From: Alistipes shahii
GTDB taxonomy: Bacteria > Bacillota_I > Bacilli_A > RFN20 > CAG-826
Direction of reading: 5' to 3'
DNA length: 64,000 bases
Assembly (NCBI GenBank): GCA_963598795.1
Contig: CAVBUY010000005.1
Span: 4,298 to 68,297, forward strand
This document shows positions 53,228-62,809 of the stretch, piece by piece; position 1 is the first letter of the stretch; each line of letters opens with the position of its first letter. Under the pieces are notes generated by a model. It was not told the origin of the DNA. It did no database searches and saw only the letters and a program-made list of their open reading frames with translations. The translations under genes and the position numbers were made by a program.

Positions 53228-53645
53228 CGCATTTGACATATATTAGTTACAACTCATAACGATAATAAAAAATGCGTAAGTCTCGATTATCAACCGGACT
53301 TACACATTGTTGCTACTCGTTGATGCCAATATTTTAGCAAGCCTCAAGAAAAAACATTCCAAAATTAAATGATTAAAGTAATTACTGAATATAAAAAAAA
53401 GCCTTCGCCAAAAGGACGCCAGAAAGAATTGATGCGGATGATCCTACGCTGACTTTTCAAGAATATTATCTACATTACATTTTAAGATGAAGTGCCGATG
53501 AGCCGGAAGCAATGATAGATCCGCAACAAATCTATGATAATTTTCAAAAAACGGTTGGATTGAAGAAACTTGGTTAAAGATGAGCGCCAGCAAAAACAGC
53601 CGATGTTTTTCGATAAGCCATGGAATCAAGTGTTTTAATAAAGTA

Positions 53646-54389
53646 TTAAATTCTATTGTTTTTCAAATAATTTTCCCTGTCCTTTATAACGACGTCCTTA
53701 TCCACGTATTGGAAAGTCATCGTATCGACATACGGAGATAATTCTTCGACTTGCTCTTTGGTTTCGACAGTCCAGCAATTAACTATTCCTCCATGCTTCC
53801 TATAGGATTTCACCCAATCATCCTTTGCCATATCCATTTCGATGTCTATCGATTCGAACATGAAGCGGAAACGCTTGACCCATTCCTTGCCTCTGAATAG
53901 CAATAACTGCCTTTCGAAGCGATGGCCCATATAGAACAAAGCCCGAGGATCGAAAGAGATGATGGCGACTTTGCTTTTATCTTTTATGCCTTTTAAAGCT
54001 TCTTTGGTCTTTTTGGCCAATTCTTTGTAGTTGTCGTTATAAACTTTGAGTTCAATAACAGTCAAAACCTTTTCATTATTGAGATTCAAAACCTCTTGAA
54101 GGGTCGGTATCTCCCCTCCGTCATGAAGCTTATATTCGCTTTTTATGGTAGCGGAATCCAATTCTTCGATAATGCCTTTCTTTCCGGTCACCCTTTCCAA
54201 ATCGGAGTCGTGGCAAACGAACAATTCGCCATCTTTCGTCAAATGGATATCGAATTCGAAAGCCATGTTGTTAACGATGGCGTTTTCGAATGCCTTCATC
54301 CCGTTTTCCGAACGGGTATCGTCATGAAGGCCCCTGTGGCATATGCCTAAATAAAATTGTTCTGGATAATGTTTAAAACCGTGTTTCAT
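53646..54389 (-). CDS. Glycerophosphodiester phosphodiesterase (GDPD family)
   Basis: ICHRGLHD ... ENGMKAFENA ... EFDIHLTKDGELFVCHDSDLERVTG. The start is placed at ATG 54389, because the longer ORF-track form would run through the rpsP promoter and RBS. Confidence 0.8.
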   Translation of the reverse strand: MKHGFKHYPEQFYLGICHRGLHDDTRSENGMKAFENAIVNNMAFEFDIHLTKDGELFVCHDSDLERVTGKKGIIEELDSATIKSEYKLHDGGEIPTLQEVLNLNNEKVLTVIELKVYNDNYKELAKKTKEALKGIKDKSKVAIISFDPRALFYMGHRFERQLLLFRGKEWVKRFRFMFESIDIEMDMAKDDWVKSYRKHGGIVNCWTVETKEQVEELSPYVDTMTFQYVDKDVVIKDRENYLKNNRI

Positions 54390-54451
54390 GGCTCTAATTA
54401 TAGTCCTTGATACTAAAGTATCGATATTTTTTGACTGTAAAGCAAAATAAC

Positions 54452-54480
54452 TTGACAGAGCATATCGCCAAGCATAATAT
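54452..54480 (+). promoter_or_regulatory. Candidate sigma-A promoter of the rpsP operon
   Basis: TTGACA (54452-57), 17-nt spacer, TAATAT (54475-80). It is followed by AAGGAG and ATG 54507. Confidence 0.55.
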
Positions 54481-54506
54481 TGACCACGCATAAGGAGATT
54501 ACCATC

Positions 54507-54779
54507 ATGTCAGTCAAAATCAGATTAACCAGAATCGGTCGCCATAAGGACCCCATCTATCGCATCGTCGCCGCGGATTCCCGTTTCGCCAGAGACGGCC
54601 GCTACATCGAGCAAATCGGTCTTTATAACCCCAACAAAGGACCTGAAGGGGCCGAAATCAACGAAGAATTGGCTTTGAAATGGCTCGCCGCCGGCGCCAC
54701 TCCGTCGGATTCCGTCCGCGCCATGTTCAACCGCAAAGGATTGAACGCCAAAGCCGTCAGCAAAAAAGGAAGCAAATAA
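54507..54779 (+). CDS. rpsP: 30S ribosomal protein S16
   Basis: MSVKIRLTRIGRHKDPIYRIVAADSR. The start is placed at ATG 54507, downstream of the AAGGAG RBS. Confidence 0.95.
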   Translation: MSVKIRLTRIGRHKDPIYRIVAADSRFARDGRYIEQIGLYNPNKGPEGAEINEELALKWLAAGATPSDSVRAMFNRKGLNAKAVSKKGSK

Positions 54780-54781
54780 GC

Positions 54782-55060
54782 ATGGACTTCGAGAAGATCA
54801 TCCATTCTCTGATCGATCCGCTCGTCGAAAAACCGGAAAACGTCATCATCAAAGAGATTCCAAATAACAGCAAAAAGGACGTTACCTTGGTGATAACGGC
54901 CGACGATGAGGACTGCGCCCGATTGATCGGCAAGCGCGGCTCCGTCGCCAACGCCCTCCGCGAAGCCATCGGCATCTGCGGAAAGGCCGACAACAGCAAC
55001 GTTCGCGTCCATCTCAGATTCGAAAGCTTTGCCGACAGTAAGGATAACGGTGCCAAATAA
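54782..55060 (+). CDS. ylqC: KH-domain RNA-binding protein (YlqC/UPF0109)
   Basis: 92 aa. LIGKRGSVANALREA is the KH GxxG-type motif. ATG 54782 lies 2 nt after the rpsP stop, and the gene occupies the conserved position between rpsP and rimM. Confidence 0.8.
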   Translation: MDFEKIIHSLIDPLVEKPENVIIKEIPNNSKKDVTLVITADDEDCARLIGKRGSVANALREAIGICGKADNSNVRVHLRFESFADSKDNGAK

Positions 55061-55086
55061 GGCGCCGTTTTCTATATAATAAAGAC

Positions 55087-55596
55087 ATGAAGCTAATCAA
55101 AGTCGCAAACATTAGGAAAACCTTCGGCCTTAAAGGTGAGGTCCTTTGCTTTTCTCATACCGATTTCCCTACGCTTCGTTTCAAAAAAGGCAACACCCTT
55201 TATCTTTCTAACGGCCTAGATAATATCAAAGTCACCCTTTCTTCTTATCGCCCGTCCGGAGATTATTGCTATCTTTCTTTCGATGGAATGCGCGACATTT
55301 CACTTGTCCAGCCATATGTTAAATGGGATGTGATGATGGATGAAAAAGACGCTAAATTGCCGGAAAATATGGTCCGCTACGAAGATATATTCGCTTGCTA
55401 TGTTTATGACGAAGATGGCAATAAATTAGGCAAAGCCGTCGAGTTAATAGAAAACTGCGCCACCAAATCATTGAGAGTGTCAAGAGAAGGAAAGAAGGAT
55501 TTCTTCGTCCCTTGGCTCCCAAAGGTTTTCATCAAAGAAGTGGACGAAATTAACAAAAAGATAACGATTCACGTAATACCAGGAATGATAGAATGA
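55087..55596 (+). CDS. rimM: 16S rRNA processing protein RimM
   Basis: 169 aa. The N-terminal GLKGEV beta-barrel, the C-terminal PRC barrel and the position upstream of trmD all fit RimM. Confidence 0.85.
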   Translation: MKLIKVANIRKTFGLKGEVLCFSHTDFPTLRFKKGNTLYLSNGLDNIKVTLSSYRPSGDYCYLSFDGMRDISLVQPYVKWDVMMDEKDAKLPENMVRYEDIFACYVYDEDGNKLGKAVELIENCATKSLRVSREGKKDFFVPWLPKVFIKEVDEINKKITIHVIPGMIE

Positions 55597-56366
55597 AAAT
55601 AACCATCCTCACTTTGTTTCCGGAAATGTTTGAAGGGTATTTGAATACCTCTATTTTAAAGCGGGCTATATCCAAAAAGGCTTTAGAAGTGGAAATCGTC
55701 AATATAAGAGATTATACGAAGGATAAATACGGGCGAACCGACACCCCGCCTATCGGAGGTGGGGCAGGCTTGGTTTTCAAATGTCAGCCTTTAGTGGACG
55801 CCATAAAAGCCGTTTCCTTAACTAACAGCCACGTTTGCTTATTTTCCCCTAGAGGCGAAACTTTTAATCAAAGCAAAGCCAAAAAATTATCCAAAGAAGA
55901 ACATATAGTCCTAGTCTGCGGCCATTATGAAGGAATCGACGAAAGGGTAAACAAATACGTCGATGAGCTTATATCGATCGGTGATTATATCCTTACCGGA
56001 GGAGAGATTCCCGCTATGGCGGTAACGGACTCCATCATGCGTTTATTGGATGGGGCCATCGCTTCCGATTCGTTAAAAGACGAATCCTTCAACGAGCCAT
56101 TGCTAGAATATCCACAATACACCGAACCATACGAATATGAAGGCGAAAAGGTCCCTGACATCCTTTATTCCGGCAATCACGAAGCCATAGAAAAATGGAG
56201 GAGAAAGCAATCCCTTCTCCTTACCAAAAAACATAGACCCGACTTGTTTTCTAAACTAAACCTTTCCAAGCAAGACCTGAAATTGCTTAAGGAAGATGAA
56301 GAAGGCGTTACCCCGAAATGGGAAAAAGACGCTTTGGAAAAAGGACATAAATTCATAAAGAAATAG
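55593..56366 (+). CDS. trmD: tRNA (guanine37-N1)-methyltransferase
   Basis: 257 aa. ILTLFPEMF, GGGAGLVFK, CGHYEGIDERV, GDYILTGGEIPAM. Confidence 0.95.
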   Translation: MKITILTLFPEMFEGYLNTSILKRAISKKALEVEIVNIRDYTKDKYGRTDTPPIGGGAGLVFKCQPLVDAIKAVSLTNSHVCLFSPRGETFNQSKAKKLSKEEHIVLVCGHYEGIDERVNKYVDELISIGDYILTGGEIPAMAVTDSIMRLLDGAIASDSLKDESFNEPLLEYPQYTEPYEYEGEKVPDILYSGNHEAIEKWRRKQSLLLTKKHRPDLFSKLNLSKQDLKLLKEDEEGVTPKWEKDALEKGHKFIKK

Positions 56367-56391
56367 GCCTCCGTTCGGAAGCCTATTTTTT
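56365..56391. terminator. Bidirectional terminator between convergent trmD and ffh
   Basis: AGGCCTCC-GTTC-GGAAGCCT (7 of 8 bp), flanked by an A/T run on each side (AAATAGG ... ATTTTTTA). The T-run overlaps the ffh stop codon. Confidence 0.55.
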
Positions 56392-57715
56392 ATCTCCACA
56401 TCCCGCCTTTGGGCGAGTTTTTGAAGTTCTTCAATTGTTTCATCATCTCTTTCGATTGCTCGAATTTCTTAATAACCCTATTTACGTCCGCGTTCGTGGT
56501 GCCCGATCCGTTGGCGATCCTAACCTTCCTCGAATTCTTCAAACATTCGGGATGGTTTCTTTCGTATGGTGTCATCGACAAAATGATGGCCTCGAAAGTC
56601 TTCATTTCCTTTTTGGCTTGGGCTTGTTGCTCGTCGCTTATTTTCGGCATGCCAGGAATCATGGCCGCCAATTTGGACAAAGATCCCAAACGGTTCGCCA
56701 TTTTCATTTGCTTGAGCATATCGTTCAAAGTGAAGTTTCCGGACATCATCTTCTTGGCTTCGCGTTCGGCTTCTTTTTCGTCAATTTCTTCCTTGGCTTT
56801 CTCAACTAAAGAGATTACGTCCCCCATGCCCAAAATACGATCCGCCATCCTGTCTGGATAGAAAATGTCCAATTCGTTTATTTTCTCTCCAACGCCCGCG
56901 AATTTGATGGGCAATCCCGTCATATATTTAATGGATAAGGCCGCGCCTCCCTTGGCGTCGCCATCCAATTTGGACATGATTAAACCCGTCAATTTTATTT
57001 GGGAATTGAAGGAATTGGCGACGTTCACGGCTTCTTGTCCGGCCATGGAATCCACCAAAAGCAACACTTCGTCGGGATTTACGGCCTCTTCTATATCCAC
57101 CAATTCTTTCATCAAAACTTCATCTATCTGCAAACGGCCGGCCGTATCCAAAATAAGGACGTCGTAACCTTCTTCCAAACAACGTTCTTTGGCTTTTTTG
57201 GCCACTTCGACTGGCGAAACGGACGTGCCCATCTCAAAGAAATCGGTGTCTATCGATTTAGCTAATGTCGATAATTGATCTATAGCCGCCGGACGATAGA
57301 CGTCCAAGCCCGCCAATAAGACCTTTTTCCCATATTTTTTCTTGGCTAAATAGGCCAATTTTCCGCTAGTCGTGGTTTTTCCCGAGCCTTGCAAGCCCAC
57401 CATCATGATGATCGTCGGTTTCTTTTTAAAATCCACCGGCGCGTTGTCTTGGCCTAACAACTCTTCCAATTCGTCGTGGCAGATCTTTATCATTTGATCG
57501 CCCGGATTGACGTTTTTGATGATTTTGGTGTCCAAAGCCTTTTCTTTGACGGAATTGACAAAGGATTTGACCACTTTGAAATTGACGTCGCTTTCTAGTA
57601 AGGCGACCCTAATTTCCTTTAAGGCCGCGTCGATATTATCTTCGGTGATCGTCGTTTCTCTTCTTAGCTTTTTGAATACGCCTTGAAAACGATCGGACAA
57701 ATTATCAAATGCCAT
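56390..57715 (-). CDS. ffh: Signal recognition particle protein Ffh
   Basis: 441 aa. N and G domains (GLQGSGKTTTSGKLA, DTAGR, KLDGDAKGG) and a Met-rich M domain. Confidence 0.95.
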   Translation of the reverse strand: MAFDNLSDRFQGVFKKLRRETTITEDNIDAALKEIRVALLESDVNFKVVKSFVNSVKEKALDTKIIKNVNPGDQMIKICHDELEELLGQDNAPVDFKKKPTIIMMVGLQGSGKTTTSGKLAYLAKKKYGKKVLLAGLDVYRPAAIDQLSTLAKSIDTDFFEMGTSVSPVEVAKKAKERCLEEGYDVLILDTAGRLQIDEVLMKELVDIEEAVNPDEVLLLVDSMAGQEAVNVANSFNSQIKLTGLIMSKLDGDAKGGAALSIKYMTGLPIKFAGVGEKINELDIFYPDRMADRILGMGDVISLVEKAKEEIDEKEAEREAKKMMSGNFTLNDMLKQMKMANRLGSLSKLAAMIPGMPKISDEQQAQAKKEMKTFEAIILSMTPYERNHPECLKNSRKVRIANGSGTTNADVNRVIKKFEQSKEMMKQLKNFKNSPKGGMWR

Positions 57716-58001
57716 CTATCTCTTCCTCCAACTTCTCTTTGTTCCCTTCTTTGAGGGCTTTCTTAAGTCTTTCTTTCAATCCGTCCAAATCGATATTCTT
57801 TTCCATGCTTTCGAGCTTTTTGGAGGCTTTCTTTATGGAATCGTCCACCGCCGCGCGGGATATTTCCCTAGAGGAAGCTATCTCTGACAAGGAAAGATCG
57901 TAAACGCAATAATCGGTCATTATCTCCAATTGGGACGTAGTCAAGGTTTTCCCGTATCTATCCAACAAGACATTGAGCCTTATTCTCTCTTCGATGTTCA
58001 T
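57705..58001 (-). CDS. ylxM: YlxM/UPF0122 putative DNA-binding protein
   Basis: 98 aa. Sigma-70 region-4-like HTH (LSLSEIASSREISRAAVDDSIKKA). It occupies the conserved position between ftsY and ffh. Confidence 0.8.
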   Translation of the reverse strand: MNIEERIRLNVLLDRYGKTLTTSQLEIMTDYCVYDLSLSEIASSREISRAAVDDSIKKASKKLESMEKNIDLDGLKERLKKALKEGNKEKLEEEIDGI

Positions 58002-58978
58002 TTCTCTTCTCCGATCAATAAGCCATGGAGATAACGGTCTAAATCGAATTCTTCCAAATCGTCCATTTTCTCGCCCAATCCGATGAAACGAACCGGAACG
58101 CCTATCTCATCGCGGATGGAAAGCAAGATTCCGCCTTTAGCCGTGCCGTCCATTTTGGTGATGACTACACCTGTTAAATCGGTCACTTCTTTGAAGGCTT
58201 TAGCTTGGGTGACCCCGTTTTGTCCTGTTGTGGCGTCTATTACCAAAAACGTTTCCTGCGGGGCGGATTCTATTTCCCTGCCTATCACTCTTTTTATTTT
58301 CGACAATTCGGCCATCAAATTCGCTTTGTTTTGCAATCTCCCGGCCGTATCGACGATGCATAAATCGATATTATGCTCTTTGGCGTATTTCGCCCCGTCA
58401 TAGGCAACCGAAGCGGGGTCTCCGTTTTCTTTGCCTTTGACAATCGGGCAAGAAAGCCTTTCGGCCCAAATAGAAAGCTGCTCGACCGCCCCGGCCCTAA
58501 AGGTGTCCGCGGCCACCAGCATCACTTTTTTGCCTTTGTCCAAATATCTCTTGGCCAACTTAGCGATGGTCGTGGTCTTACCTACTCCATTTACCCCGAC
58601 AACCAATAAGACGGTAGGTTTCCCTTCCTCGAAAGAGATCTCGTTAATCACGGAATCTCCGCCCTCAATATAAGAAACGAACATCATATCCACCAAAGCC
58701 TCGTTGATGGCTTCTGGCTCGGATATGCCTTCTTTTTCAGACTTGCTCAAAAGGTTGTCGATCAATGACAAAGAGAGTTTTACCCCCACGTCCGCTTCGA
58801 TCAATATCTCTTCCAATTCCTCGAAATATTCTTCGTTTACCTTGCTATATCTCTTGCTCAACTGATTCAATTTGTCCGCGAAGGCCGAACGGGATTTGGA
58901 AAGCGAACGGTCGTATTTTGAGGCTTTGACGTCTTTCTTTCCCCCGAATTTTTCTTTCAAAAACGAAAATAATCCCAT
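57998..58978 (-). CDS. ftsY: Signal recognition particle receptor FtsY
   Basis: 326 aa. GVNGVGKTTTIAKLA, DTAGRLQ, TKMDGTAKGG. Confidence 0.95.
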   Translation of the reverse strand: MGLFSFLKEKFGGKKDVKASKYDRSLSKSRSAFADKLNQLSKRYSKVNEEYFEELEEILIEADVGVKLSLSLIDNLLSKSEKEGISEPEAINEALVDMMFVSYIEGGDSVINEISFEEGKPTVLLVVGVNGVGKTTTIAKLAKRYLDKGKKVMLVAADTFRAGAVEQLSIWAERLSCPIVKGKENGDPASVAYDGAKYAKEHNIDLCIVDTAGRLQNKANLMAELSKIKRVIGREIESAPQETFLVIDATTGQNGVTQAKAFKEVTDLTGVVITKMDGTAKGGILLSIRDEIGVPVRFIGLGEKMDDLEEFDLDRYLHGLLIGEEK

Positions 58979-58979
58979 T

Positions 58980-59660
58980 TTAGTCTCCTAACGGGGCATA
59001 TTTGCTCAAGGCGTCTCTGGCCGCGTTGGTCTCGGCTTCTTGTTTGCTGGCCCCTTCCCCACGCCCATATTCCGTCCCATCGACGTAAATGGCCGCCAAG
59101 AAAGTCCTTTGGTTGGCCGGGCCTTCTTCTTTCAAAATCTTGTATTCGAAGATTTCCCTTTCGGCCTGCAAGGCTTCCTGAAGGGCGGTCTTTGGATCGC
59201 TTATCGGAGCGGCCTCGCTCACCCTTTCTTTGAATATTTTCTTAAGCAAGGCGAAAGTGAAATCCATTCCTTGATCCAAATATATCGCCCCAATCAAAGA
59301 TTCGAAAACGTCTTCGGCGATCTTTTGCTTGTTTTTCTCTCCCCAGACGAATCCGCGTCCGACTCTCACATAACTTAAAAGATCTAACCTCGAAGATATA
59401 TTGGCCTCCGAATAGCCTTTGGCAAATTGCGTGCGGACTTTGCTAAGTCCCCCTTGGTCCAACTCCGGTCTTTCTTTGTAGGCTATGTCAGCCAAAACGA
59501 AACCCACAACGGAGTCGCCCAAAAATTCCAATCTCTCGTAATCTTCGCCTTTGTATCCGGGATCCCCTTTTATGGAAGAATGGGTGAAGGCCGTCTCGTA
59601 CAATTCCAGATTATTGGGCTTGATATTCAATTTTTCGAACAACTTGTCGAAGCGATTCAT
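58980..59660 (-). CDS. rnc: Ribonuclease III
   Basis: 226 aa. ERLEFLGDSVVG signature and a C-terminal dsRBD (GPANQRTF ... GASKQEAETNAA). Confidence 0.9.
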   Translation of the reverse strand: MNRFDKLFEKLNIKPNNLELYETAFTHSSIKGDPGYKGEDYERLEFLGDSVVGFVLADIAYKERPELDQGGLSKVRTQFAKGYSEANISSRLDLLSYVRVGRGFVWGEKNKQKIAEDVFESLIGAIYLDQGMDFTFALLKKIFKERVSEAAPISDPKTALQEALQAEREIFEYKILKEEGPANQRTFLAAIYVDGTEYGRGEGASKQEAETNAARDALSKYAPLGD

Positions 59661-60631
59661 TCTCCAAAACCCTTCTTTATTTCTTCGCAGATGTTGGCTT
59701 TGGCCAATTTGTAGGCCAATAAGATGGCGTGATAGAACGCTTCGGCGTCGGAATTGCCGTGGGCTTTGACCGCGACTGCGTTAACTCCCAATAGCATCGC
59801 CCCGCCGACCTTTTTGGCATTCATCCTTTCTTTGAGCTCTTTGATGACACTCCTGGAAAATAGATAGCCTATTTGGGTAAATAAGCTCTTCCTAAAGCCT
59901 TTCTTTAGCAACGAACTCATGCCCTTGGCCGCGCCTTCCATGGATTTCATGCAAACGTTCCCGGAGAATCCGTCGGTGACTAAGACATCCACGTCGGAAT
60001 TGATGACCATATCCCCTTCGACGTTTCCGATGAAATTGATTCTTTTATCGCGGGAAAGGAGATCATATGCCTCTTTTCCTTCCGGAGAGCCTTTTCCTTC
60101 TTCCGAACCATTGGAGAGAAGGCCGACCCTAGGATTGGAGACGTTGTTGACGGCTTTGGAATACAAAGTGCCCATGAATCCGAATTGGGCTATCTCATCG
60201 GCCGTGTTCTCGTTAGAGGCCCCGATGTCCAATACGGAAACATACCCACCGTTTTTGATCGATGGGAATTGGGCGCATAAAGCCGGACGCATAACACCCG
60301 GTATTTTCTTCAAAATCAAGGTCGCGGCGGAAAGAAACGCCCCGGTAGATCCAGAAGATACGACCGCTTGGCACTCATATTCCTGAACGGCTTTGATGGC
60401 CTTGACCATGGAAGAATCTTTCTTTCTGAGCACTTCCATGACCCCGGCTTCCATCTTGATGATTTCGTTGGCTTCGATAAGGGTGACATTTTCCAAATCG
60501 GAAAGCTCTTGCTTCTTGCCGCATACGAGCAATTCGACGTCTTTATGATCTTTAAGAAAACGCCTCACGGCTTCCTTGGTGGCGGCCGTGCCGTTATCTC
60601 CACCCATCATATCAATGGCAATTTTGATCAT
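59657..60631 (-). CDS. plsX: Phosphate acyltransferase PlsX
   Basis: 324 aa. MIKIAIDMMGGD, VSSGSTGA and TDGFSGN motifs. Confidence 0.95.
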   Translation of the reverse strand: MIKIAIDMMGGDNGTAATKEAVRRFLKDHKDVELLVCGKKQELSDLENVTLIEANEIIKMEAGVMEVLRKKDSSMVKAIKAVQEYECQAVVSSGSTGAFLSAATLILKKIPGVMRPALCAQFPSIKNGGYVSVLDIGASNENTADEIAQFGFMGTLYSKAVNNVSNPRVGLLSNGSEEGKGSPEGKEAYDLLSRDKRINFIGNVEGDMVINSDVDVLVTDGFSGNVCMKSMEGAAKGMSSLLKKGFRKSLFTQIGYLFSRSVIKELKERMNAKKVGGAMLLGVNAVAVKAHGNSDAEAFYHAILLAYKLAKANICEEIKKGFGE

Positions 60632-60707
60632 AAAAGCACCTCATCGCTTTAGCGATACCCTCATATTGTAATAAATAGAGGGCCAAATAGGTAGGTTGAA
60701 TAAAGCC

Positions 60708-62708
60708 TTAGCCTATCGATATGCCATCTTCTTCCTCTCTGGCTTTTTGATAGAAGGCGAACAATTCCTCGTCTTCTTGATAATGTTCGTTTATGTATTT
60801 CGCGTCTTCTCTGGTGCACTGGAAAATCTTGACGTCGCTTACGGGGTTAACGTAACTGAAATCCGGCAAGCCGGATTGCTTTAATCCCGCTATCTCCCCC
60901 GGCCCCCTCAATCTAAGGTCGGCCTCAGCTATCTCAAAGCCATCCAACGTGTGAAGCAAAACGTCCAATTTGTCGTTTTCTTCCGTTTCGTTGTTTAGCA
61001 AAATGAAATTCGCCTTGCTCCCGTCTCTCCCTATTCTTCCCCTTAGCTGGTGCAAGGAAGACAAAGAAAAGGAAGAAGGGGAATATACCAACATCAAGTT
61101 GGCTTCCTTTACGTCTATCCCCACTTCTATTAAGGAGGTGGCTACCAATATCGGGCATTCCCCTGTCCTAAATAAAAGGTTGTTTCTCTCTTTCTCTTCT
61201 AAACTTAATGAACCATGCAAAATGGTGACTTTGCTGCCGAATCGTTTTTGATACATCTTAAAGACTCTTTTTGCGGAAGTATAAGGGTCTTCCCCTTCTT
61301 CGATTTTGGGGACGACTACGTACATTCTGTGATCGGAAGAAAGGCAATCCTCAACGTATTTCCCTAAGTTTTTGTCGTTGGTATTCATTATATGCGTCGT
61401 TACGTCCCTTTTCCCAGAAGGGAATTCGGTTAGGCTGGATATCGATAAATCCCCATAAAGGGTCAAAGCCAAAGTCCTGGGGATCGGGGTTGCGGACATT
61501 AGCAAAAGATCCGCGTCTTCGCCCTTTCCCAACAAAGCCGTTCTTTGGTTAACCCCGAATTTATGCTGCTCGTCGATGACCACAAATCCCAAGGAACGAT
61601 ATTCCACCGCCTCGGAGAACAAAGCGTGGGTTCCGACTATTATGTCGCTTTTGCCTTCCTTTATTTCCCTTAACGCCTTTTTCTTTTCGCTTTGTTCCAA
61701 AGTCCCAGTCAGCAAAGTGATATTTATATCGGTGTTTTCGAACATTTTTTTCAATGTCTCATAATGTTGTTTAGCCAAGGCATCGGTAGGGGCCAAAATA
61801 GCAGCCTGCTCATTTCTCAAATATGAGGCGTATGAACATAAGGCCGCCACCAAGGTCTTCCCGCTTCCTACGTCCCCTTGAAGCAAGCGATACATGACGT
61901 TAGGGGAATCCATATCATCCAATATCTCCCTCAAAGCCTTTCTTTGGGAAGAAGTAAGGGAATAAGGCAAAGAAGAGATAAAGCCTTCTAGAGCGTTCCT
62001 ATCGATTTTTATCCTTTCCCGTTTGCCTATCTTTTGGTTCTCTTCTCTGATAATTGACGTTTTTAGGCAAAATTTAAGGGCTTCGAGGTATTTTAAGGAC
62101 CTTATCCCGCGAACGATGTCTTCTTTGCTTTCTGGCTGATGAAGCATCCTCAATGATTCGTAAATGGAATCCAAGCGATATTTCTTCCGAAAAATAAAAG
62201 GTATGGGTTCGATGAAATTCCCCCTTAGGTTTATTAAGGCTTTGTTTACGATCGTAACGAAAGAATGATTGCTTATGCCATCCAAAAGGCGATAGATGGG
62301 CTTTAGGGCGTTTTTATGGTCAATCTCGCCTTTAAGGATATTCCCCATTATCAATGAGTGGCGGCTTTTGTCGTAATATCCGATTAAAGAATACCATTCC
62401 CCTCGCTTTATGGATTTGGAAAGATATGGCCTATTCCAGGCTTCGACTTTAAATAATGACCCTTCTTTGGAAACGAAAAAGAAAGTGGACAAGCTTCTTT
62501 TAACGAAACGGTTGACCTTGACGTTCCCTTCCAATTTCCCCAAGACCACCAATCTTTCTTTGTCGGAATAGAAATCCTTTTCTTTGGTATAGGTGTAATC
62601 CTCATAACGGCAAGGCAGATGAAATAAGGCGTCATAGTAAGAAAAAATGCCCATCAAAGCCAATTTGGCGTTCAAGATTTTAGAAGAGGACAAGGCGTCT
62701 TTTTTCAT
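60708..62708 (-). CDS. recG: ATP-dependent DNA helicase RecG
   Basis: Wedge domain plus SF2 helicase motifs (GDVGSGKT, DEQHKFG, SATPIPRT, QLRGRIGR). The start is placed at ATG 62708 (MKKDALSS...), which matches the usual RecG N-terminal length. The ORF-track GTG at 62792 adds 28 unsupported residues. Confidence 0.9.
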   Translation of the reverse strand: MKKDALSSSKILNAKLALMGIFSYYDALFHLPCRYEDYTYTKEKDFYSDKERLVVLGKLEGNVKVNRFVKRSLSTFFFVSKEGSLFKVEAWNRPYLSKSIKRGEWYSLIGYYDKSRHSLIMGNILKGEIDHKNALKPIYRLLDGISNHSFVTIVNKALINLRGNFIEPIPFIFRKKYRLDSIYESLRMLHQPESKEDIVRGIRSLKYLEALKFCLKTSIIREENQKIGKRERIKIDRNALEGFISSLPYSLTSSQRKALREILDDMDSPNVMYRLLQGDVGSGKTLVAALCSYASYLRNEQAAILAPTDALAKQHYETLKKMFENTDINITLLTGTLEQSEKKKALREIKEGKSDIIVGTHALFSEAVEYRSLGFVVIDEQHKFGVNQRTALLGKGEDADLLLMSATPIPRTLALTLYGDLSISSLTEFPSGKRDVTTHIMNTNDKNLGKYVEDCLSSDHRMYVVVPKIEEGEDPYTSAKRVFKMYQKRFGSKVTILHGSLSLEEKERNNLLFRTGECPILVATSLIEVGIDVKEANLMLVYSPSSFSLSSLHQLRGRIGRDGSKANFILLNNETEENDKLDVLLHTLDGFEIAEADLRLRGPGEIAGLKQSGLPDFSYVNPVSDVKIFQCTREDAKYINEHYQEDEELFAFYQKAREEEDGISIG

Positions 62709-62809
62709 AAAAAGATTATAAACCAACATAAGCCTTCTTTTAACCGAATCAAACGGTGGCTTAGTTTGACAGAGGATGAAAAAGGCGTCCACTTGGACGC
62801 CGATTCATT

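Noticed and set aside
52979-53239. 86-aa (and 62-aa) minus-strand ORFs across the IS30-like fragment
   Set aside because: The plus-strand frame gives a recognisable IS30-type HTH. The minus-strand translations have no motif or RBS and probably exist only because of the locally high GC content.
54390-54506. N-terminal extensions proposed by the ORF track for the GDPD gene (to 54491) and for rpsP (from 54480)
   Set aside because: The two extensions would overlap each other and cover the rpsP promoter (TTGACA-17-TAATAT) and RBS. The conserved protein N-termini begin at ATG 54389 and ATG 54507.
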